A stretch of DNA of 63,888 nt, filler included, from Octopus bimaculoides (taxonomy: Eukaryota), in assembly GCF_001194135.2 (NCBI RefSeq). It is 5 parts of 5 records of this genome, joined end to end, with 100 filler letters (N's around TTAATTAATTAA, not from the genome) between each part and the next. Parts side by side here need not be neighbours in the genome. Positions count along the whole stretch, not along the records: positions 1 to 19,356 come from NC_068987.1; 4 more parts are not named here. One strand, 5' to 3'. This document shows, piece after piece, positions 1 to 12,245 of this stretch. Position 1 is the stretch's first letter. Every line of letters starts with the position of its first letter. A program made the position numbers and the translations under genes. Below the pieces are notes generated by a model. The model made no database searches. It saw only the letters and a list, made by a program, of their open reading frames with translations, and was not told where the DNA came from.

Positions 1-1106
1 TATATATATATATACTGTGTAATTTTGTAAAGTTGTGGGTGATTGCGCTTTTATATTTAACAGGGTCGATTGATCATGTAGACTCTCCCTTCTTGACATG
101 GTTGTATGAGATGTATGTATGTATGTATGTATGTATGTATGTATGTATGTATGTACGTACGTAGGTAAGTGTGTATGTGTATCATAAAATATATATATAG
201 ACACATGCGTTCATTGTGAGCCCATCTGGGCTCACAAGCAACTAGAAATTACTTGTATTCAAACTGAGGCCAGCTCTAGAGAAGCAAATTCTCACCAGTT
301 CTTGTTATTGTCGCTTGCCCCAGGCCAGTTCTGATTGTTATCATTTAGTTATAGATCAGATATCATTCTCGATGCTTCGCCTCAGTTTAAACTTTTAGAC
401 ATAACCGAATGAACTTATACCAAGGAGATTCCAACCGCAACTCTTTCGTCTTTCCAAATATAGTTTATGTCAGACTACGTTTTCGAATTTGTCCTCTTTA
501 ACAAAAAAAAAGAAAAAAAAAAGAGCAAAACAAAGCATAAAACTTGAGTATGATTTGCGGGAGATTTGGCTGCTACTTTTACCACAATTGATTGACTGCA
601 AACAACCTTCGTTATTGGCTAGTTTACATAAGATTATAATTTGTTTCTTTGTTTCAATTCAACTACTTTCATAAATTAAACGTGCTGCAAGTGCATCAAG
701 ATTCTCGAAATACTTACAACATTGTGTCTATCAAAATGTATTTCGAAGATAAAAATTACATATAATCGTAAACTTTATATAGTAAATCCATAATTTCAGC
801 AGACAATAAACCAGCAGCCAGAATTTAAGCTGCAACTATTGAGGAATGACTACAAAAACAGCTGTCACCCGATTAACGGTTTGAAATTACCAACCTCGTT
901 GTGTTCTTTACTTTTTTATGTATGTATCTATGAAAATAAGTCATTTATGGACGTGGATGGCTGTATAAAAACCACCTGAATATATATATTAAAAAGTCTT
1001 GTCAGTACATGTATATATACATACACACACTCATACATATCTATATACTTATACACACACGCGCGCGCACACACATACACATTTATGTATATATATATCT
1101 ATATAC

Positions 1107-1137
<31 letters not shown>

Positions 1138-1374
1138 TGTAGTTGAAATTTATAGAAAAACAAAAGATGAAGATAGATGTATGAAGAACAGGCAAGTGTA
1201 TTAGTTTGACGCTCGGGAAATATGAAAAAGTCTTTTACGTTTCGTACCTACGCTGTTCAACAGAAAGGAATAAGAGGAAATAAACAGAGAGAGAATGAAA
1301 AAACATTTAGAGTTGAGCGGTGCAGCATGGCAAAGGATTGGAAAAAAAGAAGTTGAAAGATGCACACGCATGCG

Positions 1375-1412
<38 letters not shown>

Positions 1413-3406
1413 TGTGTGTGCGTGTCTGAGTGTCTGTGTGTGTGCATGAGCGCGCGCGCACGTGCATCAGAGTCTTCATCATCATACAAGATTGATTCTT
1501 GATGTACTGAAATCTCCGTTTCCTGGGATGGTAAAACAATCGCTTGGTGATAATTGAAAGTAACTTCAAATGGAAAAGGGCTATAATTTCAACAATAATA
1601 TATTTTTCAAATCTGATATGCCAACAAGAATAAGACAGTTTAGCTGTTTGGAAACAAGACGGCAACTATGGAACCGTGTTCCGCCTCAATAAGCGTCGTC
1701 AGTACAGCACTTTATATTTCCTTACTTCCAACAGATGAGACGCTTAGAATTCAGTTCTACCCTGGGTAATTTGCATAAATGAAACAAAAATGAGGAAGGA
1801 GAAGTAACTGAAGGGAGCCAGTGGCATGTATTTGAATTGAATAAAATCTAAAGATCAAACGATGAAACAGATGACAAGAAGAGCACTTCAAGAAGCAGCT
1901 GAAACAGAGGTTTAACTGTTGTAACTTCGAAAGGATAAAATGGAGAGAACTGGTGGTAATTCATAAGAGTGCTGAACAATTCAAACAGGGAAATTGAGCA
2001 TCATGAAATGTGTATGTGCTTACGTCTCTCGGCGAAGGAAGACAGATATATCTATGCACCAAAGAATAAAATAAAAACTTGATTTAAACATTTTTTTTGT
2101 GCGAGTTAAGTCCCTTCACGCCGAATTGTATTTAAATGTTGAATATTCAAGCGATGAAATAAAACATCGGGTACAGGAGCTGGCAGCCGACCAAAGGCTG
2201 AATATAGAAAATAGGTAATAAATACATAAATATATAAAATATATACAAAAAGAAATACATTTAATGAATGATATAACCTCTTTGATGTTATACTATTTCG
2301 TCTTTGATGTCACAAAGAATTAGATAGATATTGGAAAGACAGTCTAAGAAACAAATATTCAGCGCTAACAAATGCTTTCAAAGAATGTTCTCAATACACT
2401 TGAAGACATTTTCTAGAATATATATATTATGATACACACGCGCACATACACAATCACACGCACGCACACATATACTTACATCTGATAAACATGATGTAGG
2501 TATGATGTATATGTGCATGCATGCATATATGTACGAATGTATGTATGTAGCTATTTTTTCCTACAAATTTTGGTCATTGGATCTCGGCCGTGCTGGGGTA
2601 TTGCTTTGAAGAGTTTTAGTGTAACTGTTTCAAGGAATTCATCGGTGTATTTTGCTGAACCGCGACGTTGCAAATAAACAACAGTTGCTAAACAGTATCA
2701 CGTAAATAGAAATTCCCGAGAGAGGTAAATAGGAATAACGCATCTTTAATACATATGAGTTTTCCGTAACTGGTCGAGCCAGTGTTATTGTAGAAGCCAT
2801 TTGTGCAAGGTACACCTCAGTGAGATTGAAACCGAAACTATGTGGTTTAGAAAAAGAATTCTTAAATAGACAGCCGTGCTTACATTTATAAACATATGTA
2901 TTACATATATAATGTCTAATATGATACATGTGCATGTGCACGTGTGAAAAATTTAAGCTCGTGCTCTATGAAAATATATAATACAGGAAATCTGTAAACC
3001 ACATTAACAGGGGAAATGATTCTCACTTTTCAGTTGAGAGTTATGTCCCATGGGTAATTTATGGCGAGCTGATATTTTAATTTGTGAAGCTATTATTTCA
3101 GAGTGGAAGACACATCCCTCTCAAATTAAGTATAGGAATGTTTGAGAGCTGTTAAGAAAGCCAACACTTAAAGTACCAATCCATCTTCAGATATGCGCAC
3201 TTAAGAAATACCTCTACGTTATCTTGTGCTGTATGGAATTTGAAAGAATTAATACGACTCAACCTATTCTGAACTTCAACAAAGTTATCACTTGAAAATT
3301 ACTGCCTCCTATGCAATGCCGAGAAGTACTTTATTCTCATTAAAACATCAAGCTCTCTAGATTAAAGTCGGTGTTAGTTTCTGATGTTATCTATATTGTT
3401 TCAAAA

Positions 3407-3548
3407 GGCACAGGCGTGGCTGTGTAGTAAGAAATTTACTTCCCAACCACATGGTTTCGGATTTAGTCCCACTGCGAGGCACCTTAGGCAAGTGTTTTCT
3501 ACAATAGCCTCGGACCGCCGACTAACGGCTTGCGAGTAGATTTGGTAG
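3407..3548 (+). mobile_element. SINE family A, 5' part running into a gap
   Basis: Head GGC..GTGGCTGTGTAGTAAG, B-box-like GGATTTAGTCCC, then GGCACCTTAGGCAAGTG shared with many copies in the window. Confidence 0.85.
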
Positions 3549-3977
3549 NNNNNNNNNNNNNNNNNNNNNNNNNNNNNNNNNNNNNNNNNNNNNNNNNNNN
3601 NNNNNNNNNNNNNNNNNNNNNNNNNNNNNNNNNNNNNNNNNNNNNNNNNNNNNNNNNNNNNNNNNNNNNNNNNNNNNNNNNNNNNNNNNNNNNNNNNNNN
3701 NNNNNNNNNNNNNNNNNNNNNNNNNNNNNNNNNNNNNNNNNNNNNNNNNNNNNNNNNNNNNNNNNNNNNNNNNNNNNNNNNNNNNNNNNNNNNNNNNNNN
3801 NNNNNNNNNNNNNNNNNNNNNNNNNNNNNNNNNNNNNNNNNNNNNNNNNNNNNNNNNNNNNNNNNNNNNNNNNNNNNNNNNNNNNNNNNNNNNNNNNNNN
3901 NNNNNNNNNNNNNNNNNNNNNNNNNNNNNNNNNNNNNNNNNNNNNNNNNNNNNNNNNNNNNNNNNNNNNNNNNNNNN

Positions 3978-4047
<70 letters not shown>

Positions 4048-4109
4048 CTAGATAGATAGATAGGTAAGTCGGTAGGTAGATTGATACATATATATAGATA
4101 GACAAACAC

Positions 4110-4174
<65 letters not shown>

Positions 4175-4185
4175 CAGAGAGACAA

Positions 4186-4230
<45 letters not shown>

Positions 4231-4232
4231 TA
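3978..4232. repeat. Compound (GATA)n/(GACA)n microsatellite
   Basis: Direct reading. Confidence 0.95.
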
Positions 4233-4816
4233 GATGTGTATTTGTGTAAGTTTGTGCGTACATACGTTTGACTGTGAGTGATGTGAACGTAGACGTATGT
4301 ATATTTTGTACAAAAAATTTGTCCTGGTTTGTTTTTCTATCTATTCATTTTAATATTTCGATCCAGATTAATAAAAAAAATAAAATAAAATAAATGAAAT
4401 AGCGAACTGATACAGCTAAAAAAGAAAAAAGATTCAAAATTCGAAAATCATGGTTCATTTAGGAAGTAAAGGAAAGTATCAATCATTGATGCAGAAAGAT
4501 TCTGTAGAAATGGTCTTATATCAATGATATTGTTTATCCATTACAGATTACAAGATGGTCCAGGGAGTTATGAAATTATTTATATATAAAATATGTGTAT
4601 GCGTGCGTGCGTGCGTGCGTGCGTGTGTGTGTGTGTGTGCGTGTGTGTGTGTGTGTATTTATAATTTATTGGGAACTAATGGGTATATGTAAATTAGTGT
4701 GTTGAGTAAAGCACGTTCACAGCTTGGGCTACCTGGTGTCATCCTCGGTTGGTATATATAGGTAAGTCGGTAGGTAGATTGATACATAGGTATTAATAGA
4801 CAAACACATAGATAGG

Positions 4817-4977
4817 TAGGTGGCTGTGTGGTAAGTAACTTGCTTACGAACAACATGGTTTCCGGTTCAGTCCCACTGCGTGGCACCTTGAGCAAGTGTC
4901 TTCTACTATAGCCTCGAGCCAACCAAAGCCTTGTGAGTGGATTTGGTAGACGGAAACTGAAAGAAGCCCGTCGTATG

Positions 4978-5022
<45 letters not shown>

Positions 5023-5240
5023 GTGTGTATATGTTTGTGTATTGTGTTTTTCCCCCCAACATCACTTGATAACCAATGCTGGTGTGTTTACGTCCCCGTA
5101 GCTTAGCGGTTCGGCAAAAGATGCCGATAGAATAAGTAGTAGGCTTACAAAGTATAAGTCCTGGGGTCGATTTGCTCGACTAAAGGCGGTGCTCCATCAT
5201 GGCCACAGTCAAATGACTGAAACAAGTAAAAGAGTAAAAG
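4817..5240 (+). mobile_element. SINE family A, near full length
   Basis: tRNA-like head TGGCTGTGTGGTAAG..GGTTCAGTCCC, internal (TA/TG)n, tail CAGTCAAATGACTGAAACAAGTAAAAGAGTAAAAG. Confidence 0.9.
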
Positions 5241-5826
5241 TGATAGGTAGAAAGATAGAGAGAGAGAGATCTACTTCTGNNNNNNNNNNNNNNNNNNNNN
5301 NNNNNNNNNNNNNNNNNNNNNNNNNNNNNNNNNNNNNNNNNNNNNNNNNNNNNNNNNNNNNNNNNNNNNNNNNNNNNNNNNNNNNNNNNNNNNNNNNNNN
5401 NNNNNNNNNNNNNNNNNNNNNNNNNNNNNNNNNNNNNNNNNNNNNNNNNNNNNNNNNNNNNNNNNNNNNNNNNNNNNNNNNNNNNNNNNNNNNNNNNNNN
5501 NNNNNNNNNNNNNNNNNNNNNNNNNNNNNNNNNNNNNNNNNNNNNNNNNNNNNNNNNNNNNNNNNNNNNNNNNNNNNNNNNNNNNNNNNNNNNNNNNNNN
5601 NNNNNNNNNNNNNNNNNNNNNNNNNNNNNNNNNNNNNNNNNNNNNNNNNNNNNNNNNNNNNNNNNNNNNNNNNNNNNNNNNNNNNNNNNNNNNNNNNNNN
5701 NNNNNNNNNNNNNNNNNNNNNNNNNNNNNNNNNNNNNNNNNNNNNNNNNNNNNNNNNNNNNNNNNNNNNNNNNNNNNNNNNNNNNNNNNNNNNNNNNNNN
5801 NNNNNNNNNNNNNNNNNNNNNNNNNN

Positions 5827-5914
5827 AAAATAGAAGACCCTTGCCCAAGGTGCCACGCGGTGGGACTGAACTCAGAACGAGGTAGTTGGTTAGCAAGATC
5901 CTTACTACACAGCC
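5827..5914 (-). mobile_element. SINE family A head fragment
   Basis: Reverse complement of the family A head (CCCAAGGTGCCACGCGGTGGGACTGAAC..CTTACTACACAGCC). Confidence 0.8.
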
Positions 5915-5982
5915 AAATATATATATGAATATGCAATGAGAATAGTTAAAATATTTTTTATTATTTTTTATTAATAATATTT

Positions 5983-6028
5983 AAAGCTTTAACCGGTTTC
6001 ATAGTTTACACTGATTTTCAAAAAGTTC
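5983..6028 (-). ncRNA. Possible decayed minimal hammerhead ribozyme at the PLE 3' end
   Basis: Minus: GAACTTT-TTGAAAA-T-CAGTGTAAACTAT-GAAA-CCGG-TT-AAAGCTT. Stem I CTTT/AAAG, GAAA and palindromic ACCGGT are present; the core deviates from CUGANGA at two positions and stem II is weak. Confidence 0.3.
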
Positions 6029-6604
6029 AAGTAGAAAGACGTGGCTTATGTCGCAGTTGTCTTGCTTCTGACTAGTGTTTGAAGCTTTCCCTATTTTTAT
6101 AGGGAGTTCATGGCTCAAATAAGTATATGATTTGAATAGGGTTTAATTGGTAGGGGATTATCACATGACTGATTTTAGAAATGTTTGTAGGTTCCCCGCT
6201 ACGTCCGTGTGTTAGTATCAAGTAACAATGTTTAGCGTCGTAAGTTAAGGTTGACACGGTTGACTGAACAAGTCAAGTGGTAGTATTAAACAATCAATGC
6301 TCTGAATATTTTGTCAAGTGTTTGTAGAGAACAAACACGTGATTAAGTTTAGAACCTTCTGTATGTTTCCTGTTACGTCTATGGTTGTATATTTAGTGCC
6401 TAAAATGAAGGCCTACATAGTTGAGTGAACATGTTTAGTTACAATCAAGGCACTCCAAATTTATTCTGTCTAGTGGGAGAGTAGACAAGAGTCATTTGTA
6501 TGTAGTCCAGTGGCTAAAGTTTAGATTGTTAGCTGTGTAGTTTTCCTTTGGTTAAGTGACAGAATGAGTTTTGTGTGTGAATAGTTATTTGTGTATGTAC
6601 TTTG

Positions 6605-6911
6605 TTAAAGTTTCTTCAGTTTGGGTTTGTACTTTTGTATATAAGTATTCTCTTTGTTTACCGTGCTTCATCTGTGGTGTTCACTGAACATAGGTAGAGT
6701 GGGAAGACCTGGAAGTTGGGGACTTAATTTTTGCACATATGCCTATGTGTCCACTCAGTGGAATCTGTCTAGTACTGGAGTCTCGTATTTGTTGACGGTG
6801 AACGATCACTCTCTTTCTTATATTAAGCTTTGTTTGATCTACGTAATCTTCATTACATCCTTGACATTTGATAGCGTATATTAAATTCCTTGAAGAACAT
6901 GTAAAATAATT
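6605..6911 (-). pseudogene. Frameshifted GIY-YIG endonuclease domain of a PLE
   Basis: Motifs as above; about two frameshifts and a stop. Confidence 0.8.
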
Positions 6912-7198
6912 GTATGTATGTATGTATATGAAGGCACGCGCACACACGGACACATAAGTGTGTTTCTGTGTGTCTGTGTATGTATATATATAAATATANN
7001 NNNNNNNNNNNNNNNNNNNNNNNNNNNNNNNNNNNNNNNNNNNNNNNNNNNNNNNNNNNNNNNNNNNNNNNNNNNNNNNNNNNNNNNNNNNNNNNNNNNN
7101 NNNNNNNNNNNNNNNNNNNNNNNNNNNNNNNNNNNNNNNNNNNNNNNNNNNNNNNNNNNNNNNNNNNNNNNNNNNNNNNNNNNNNNNNNNNNNNNNNN

Positions 7199-7249
<51 letters not shown>

Positions 7250-7258
7250 ATATGTATA

Positions 7259-7293
<35 letters not shown>

Positions 7294-7823
7294 TGCCACA
7301 CATATGTGTCAGTGGGCGTGCGTGAGTGTGAATCAATTTTAAAATGCATCTTTTCGTCACTATAGAATTAACCAAATTCAGATATGAATATGAAAACCCA
7401 GACAACTCTTCATATTCTCATTAATGAAAGCTCATCTCCTTTGCTTGAATAAAGTAATAATATACAGGAAAGAAAATCTGATGAGACAAAAAGATATTTG
7501 CAATTGTAAGTATTGTTGGGAGAGTTTAGCCACAGTAGTACCAGTAAATTGCTTATTCATAAACTGGATGGGACGCAAACATGGGTGATTCCATTTAAAA
7601 GTGAAGAATATTCTTCAATATCCTTTTCATTTATTCCAAATTCGACAGAAGAATTTACATGAGTTTTTGGATATATAGTAGTGTACATTTATGATGGCTG
7701 TCGACTCGTTAGACTAGTATGACAACCATTGACAAATTATATTAATATTGTTTTGCTTTTCTATTTCACAAAGACCCACAATAGCTTTTAAAACCGGTAA
7801 AGAATTTGCATTTTTTATTGCAG

Positions 7824-7866
7824 CGGCGGCTGCTCTGTGCATCATCTTGATTGTGTACTTCCCCAT
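7824..7866 (+). CDS. Candidate 43-nt internal micro-exon, gene unknown
   Basis: TTTTTTATTGCAG acceptor and GTGAGT donor; open frames AAALCIILIVYFP (hydrophobic) or GGCSVHHLDCVLPH; no homology recognised. Confidence 0.2.
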
Positions 7867-8166
7867 GTGAGTTTAGATCGCCTGGAAACTTTCCGATCAC
7901 ATAAATCGCTTATCAGATTAGCTGCTAGAAATTCGTTGTATCCTACCTGAGGCCAGCTCTGGAGAGGCAAGTTCGTTTATATTCATCCCACTCAAAACAT
8001 AGGACTGTTGGAGAAACAGAATCTCTTGTCATACATACATACATACATACATATATACATACATAATTTTTTTAAACAATATGTGTATGTATCCATGCAT
8101 GTATGTATACACACACACTCACGCACACACGAATACATATCTATCTATCTATCTATCTATCTATCT

Positions 8167-9244
8167 CTCGGGGCGAACCTGGGCGTCGACGAGGAATACC
8201 TGACCCGCCTGTTCAGGACGACTTTCGGGCCGGGACCTATGGACAACTTCCAGAGATCCCTGGCCTGGCAGTGTTACCGAGAGGCGCTACCCGTTCGGGA
8301 TAAGCTCTATAGACACGGCTCGCGAAATGCGGGGCCGACCTGCCCGAGATGCGGTCAGAGCGACGAAACCGTTCTGCACGCACTCGTGCAGTGTCCAACC
8401 ATTTCGGAGCTGTGGGCTTATGTCGAACGACTGCTGTCGCGTGTGGGACGAGTCGGTTTATCAACCGAGTCTATCGTCAATATCGTNNNNNNNNNNNNNN
8501 NNNNNNNNNNNNNNNNNNNNNNNNNNNNNNNNNNNNNNNNNNNNNNNNNNNNNNNNNNNNNNNNNNNNNNNNNNNNNNNNNNNNNNNNNNNNNNNNNNNN
8601 NNNNNNNNNNNNNNNNNNNNNNNNNNNNNNNNNNNNNNNNNNNNNNNNNNNNNNNNNNNNNNNNNNNNNNNNNNNNNNNNNNNNNNNNNNNNNNNNNNNN
8701 NNNNNNNNNNNNNNNNNNNNNNNNNNNNNNNNNNNNNNNNNNNNNNNNNNNNNNNNNNNNNNNNNNNNNNNNNNNNNNNNNNNNNNNNNNNNNNNNNNNN
8801 NNNNNNNNNNNNNNNNNNNNNNNNNNNNNNNNNNNNNNNNNNNNNNNNNNNNNNNNNNNNNNNNNNNNNNNNNNNNNNNNNNNNNNNNNNNNNNNNNNNN
8901 NNNNNNNNNNNNNNNNNNNNNNNNNNNNNNNNNNNNNNNNNNNNNNNNNNNNNNNNNNNNNNNNNNNNNNNNNNNNNNNNNNNNNNNNNNNNNNNNNNNN
9001 NNNNNNNNNNNNNNNNNNNNNNNNNNNNNNNNNNNNNNNNNNNNNNNNNNNNNNNNNNNNNNNNNNNNNNNNNNNNNNNNNNNNNNNNNNNNNNNNNNNN
9101 NNNNNNNNNNNNNNNNNNNNNNNNNNNNNNNNNNNNNNNNNNNNNNNNNNNNNNNNNNNNNNNNNNNNNNNNNNNNNNNNNNNNNNNNNNNNNNNNTTGT
9201 ATTTTGTCCCCTCTGTGTTGAGCCCTGTGTGGCTAATAAAGAAA
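8167..9244 (+). mobile_element. 5'-truncated L1/Tx1-clade LINE: ORF2 C-terminal zf-RVT domain and 3' UTR; internal gap 8487-9196
   Basis: QRSLAWQCYREALPVRDKLYRHG..PTCPRCGQSDETVLHALVQCPTISELWAYVERLL matches CxxC..ETxxHxxxxC; AATAAA at 9235-9240; GC/CpG-rich relative to flanks; (CTAT)n on both sides. Confidence 0.85.
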
Positions 9245-9261
9245 CCTATCTATCTATCTAC

Positions 9262-9312
<51 letters not shown>

Positions 9313-9436
9313 CCTGTCTATGTCTGTCCGTCTGTCTGTTTGTCTCTCTATGTATATATATATCACGCACATTGTCACATTGCTTGTTGTTCCCTCATAT
9401 GACTGTGTTTTGTTTTTTGCTTTTTGTACAATTTTG

Positions 9437-9503
<67 letters not shown>

Positions 9504-9616
9504 AGGAGAGAGAGAAAGAGAGAGAGAGAAAGAGAGAAAGAGAGAGAGAGAAAGAGAGAGATAAAGACAGACAGACAGACAGACAGACTTACATACATAC
9601 AGACAGACAGACAGGC

Positions 9617-9651
<35 letters not shown>

Positions 9652-9672
9652 TAGATAGATAGATAGATAGAC

Positions 9673-9721
<49 letters not shown>

Positions 9722-9740
9722 CATTCATACATACATACAC
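9245..9740. repeat. Compound microsatellite (CTAT)/(TG)/(AG)/(GACA)/(GATA)/(TACA)
   Basis: Direct reading. Confidence 0.95.
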
Positions 9741-10521
9741 GTATACATACTTACATGTAATTCAAATATATATTTGTGTGTGCTGGCTTTGTGTCACAAT
9801 TTGAAATCAGTATTAACAAACCAACAGTTTACCCCCGATTATAAGAACAGCGTATAAGTAAATAACATGTCACGCTTAAGAACCCATTATGAGAATTTTA
9901 GCTCCAGTTTCATATGTTGATTAATTAATTAATGTAACAAAAACAAGAGCGTATTGCTAAATTATTGTTCTGTTATGTTGGTTAGTCTCTTTTAGACACT
10001 ATGATGCATTCATATATATTCATCGTTCACTAGTATTGTATTTGAGCAGCACTTATATATGTTCAGTTAACTGTGATATATTCATATATGCATTAGTGCA
10101 TTAAATGTGCGTTCCTTACATAGCGGTGCATTCTCATACGTTAATAGCAAGGTATTACATTGATATATAATTTAATAATAGTATTACATTCACATCTGTT
10201 AATAGCATGTGTCATTAGGTAAGACCAACCAAAGAAACTCGTGAAGAAATCAAACAATATGGTTATGATGTGGATCGATGAAAAGTTTTTCTCATTCGAT
10301 GATATTATTGGTATCTGACACAATAATATCTGATATAATTATCTCTTTATTTCTCTTTCATATTCTCTTATTTTATAGCTTGATCTCGCTTTCATCTACC
10401 CACCAAAACTATATGTTATCTCTGTAATGTCCTTATCACTCTTTTATCTTGTCGTTTTTTTCCTTCTTTTCCTTCAGTTCTGATATCATTGATCTTTCCT
10501 TTCTTGAGAGCTATTACATCT

Positions 10522-10589
<68 letters not shown>

Positions 10590-11124
10590 TTATTATTATT
10601 ATTATCAAGTGGTTTTCTTTTTTCTCATTCTTTCATCTTACGTTCATTTCAATAATTATATCATAATTAAATAATTATTATTTATATGTCCGCTATTCCT
10701 GATATTTATAAACAGTTTTGGTATCATGTTCTTTTTTCCAAGATAATGTCAAAAATAGCAGCTCAAACAATGAAAGAGCCGAGTCAACTATTCAGTTTAC
10801 CATAATGGAAACGATTTTAAATTGGTCGTTAATGTTGTTGTTGTTGCAATGGATGGTTCAATTTGAATTTAAGAAATACTTTGAAGTCTGACTACTGATG
10901 TTTGTTTTATAAATAGGTGAAGGCGGAGTAGTGTGTACAGAGGTAGAAGCAACAAAAACTTAAATGGTAACATCAATATTGATGAAATAAACTCCAAACA
11001 CTATCCTTTTCAATATCGTAATGAACAACACCCTCATTACAGAACCAAACGGGAAAAACGCCTACGAGGTTGCCAAAGCTGCTAAAAAGTAACAATCTAA
11101 TCTCCGTCAAATCATGCTCTACGG

Positions 11125-11125
<1 letters not shown>

Positions 11126-11160
<35 letters not shown>

Positions 11161-11397
11161 NNNNNNNNNNNNNNNNNNNNNNNNNNNNNNNNNNNNNNNN
11201 NNNNNNNNNNNNNNNNNNNNNNNNNNNNNNNNNNNNNNNNNNNNNNNNNNNNNNNNNNNNNNNNNNNNTCATCATCGTCGTCGTCGTCATCGTCATCGTT
11301 TTCATCGTCATCATCATCACCATCACCATCACCATCATCGTCATCATCATCATCGTCATCGTCATCAACCTCGTCGTCGTCATCGTTATTATTATTA

Positions 11398-11456
<59 letters not shown>

Positions 11457-11567
11457 CTCATCATCGTTATCATCATTATATACGTACATATACATATGTA
11501 TTCATACATACACACATGCATGCATGCATGCATACATACATACATACATACATACATACATACATAC
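11126..11567. repeat. Compound microsatellite (TG)/(TCA,TCG)/(TTA)/(TACA), with a gap
   Basis: Direct reading; source of the poly-S/H/I/D ORFs. Confidence 0.95.
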
Positions 11568-11929
11568 CAACTTATTTGCTTACATTCTTACTTACTTACA
11601 CTTGACATCTGACGAATATTGTCTGGGATGGACAAGAAAAAGCATGTACAGTCATAGAGGTCAGCCGTCCTGCTGATGTGAATATCTCTTTGAAAATCAA
11701 ATAGAAAGAAGATTACGATGGACAACTGCTTCGTAACCTCCAGCTTCTATATCCGGATTACAAATTTACATTTATACCAATAATAATTGAAACACTTGGT
11801 TTTGTAAGTAAATGCCTAACTGTCGTCCGGATAAGATTGAGTTATCAGAAAAAAAGAAATCAACCGATTCGCACATGACAAATACAATCGGTAAGCGGAA
11901 CAATAAAACTATGGAAGACTTTTCTGAGG

Positions 11930-11930
<1 letters not shown>
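11568..11930 (+). mobile_element. R4/Dong-like non-LTR retrotransposon fragment 1 (RLE endonuclease end)
   Basis: Reads NIVWDGQEKACTVIEVSRPADVNISLKIK*KEDYDGQLLRNLQLLYPDYKFTFIPIIIETLGFVSKCL..QIQSVSGTIKLWKTFLRL; bounded by (TACA)n. Confidence 0.8.
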
Positions 11931-11960
<30 letters not shown>

Positions 11961-11967
11961 CATACAT

Positions 11968-12205
11968 GCTTAAAGGAGAATCTGGATAAACTGGGGTTTT
12001 CAGAAAGAGAAATCGCCCGGGCAATTCGTACATTACAAGTGCAATCTGTGAGTGGAACAGTAAAAATATGCAAGACTTTTCTCAAGTTCCAAATGTGGAT
12101 TTGTCTGTGTTAACTACACCCCAAAGATGGAGTCTTGTGTTTTTGTTGGAAACCGGCTCCCACCTCAGTTGAAGATTTATAATAATTAGAAAATAGGAGA
12201 GACTA
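11968..12205 (+). mobile_element. R4/Dong-like fragment 2 (ORF C-terminus and 3' UTR)
   Basis: LKENLDKLGFSEREIARAIRTLQVQSVSGTVKICKTFLKFQMWICLC*, then about 100 nt UTR; (TACA)n on both sides. Confidence 0.8.
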
Positions 12206-12245
12206 TACATACATACATACATACATACATACATACATACATACA

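Larger units (their letters stand above)
5983..6911 (-). mobile_element. Penelope-like retroelement (PLE) 3' relic: GIY-YIG endonuclease, 3' UTR and possible ribozyme end
   Basis: Minus strand reads NYFTCSSRNLIYAIKCQGCNEDYVDQTKLNIRKRVIVHRQQIRD..PLSGHIGIC, the CxxxNxIYxIxCxxCxxxYVGQT motif of PLE GIY-YIG domains. After frameshifts it reads FQVFPLY and KENTYIQKYKPKL, a typical PLE C-terminus. Confidence 0.85.

Noticed and set aside
2074-2220. Stop-free peptide VKSLHAELYLNVEYSSDEIKHRVQELAADQRLNIEN with faint HPRT-like look
   Set aside because: Poor GAG acceptor, short, and the similarity is at chance level.
8167-8486. Bacterial contamination or horizontal transfer suggested by high GC
   Set aside because: The peptide is a LINE zf-RVT domain, contiguous with host microsatellite.
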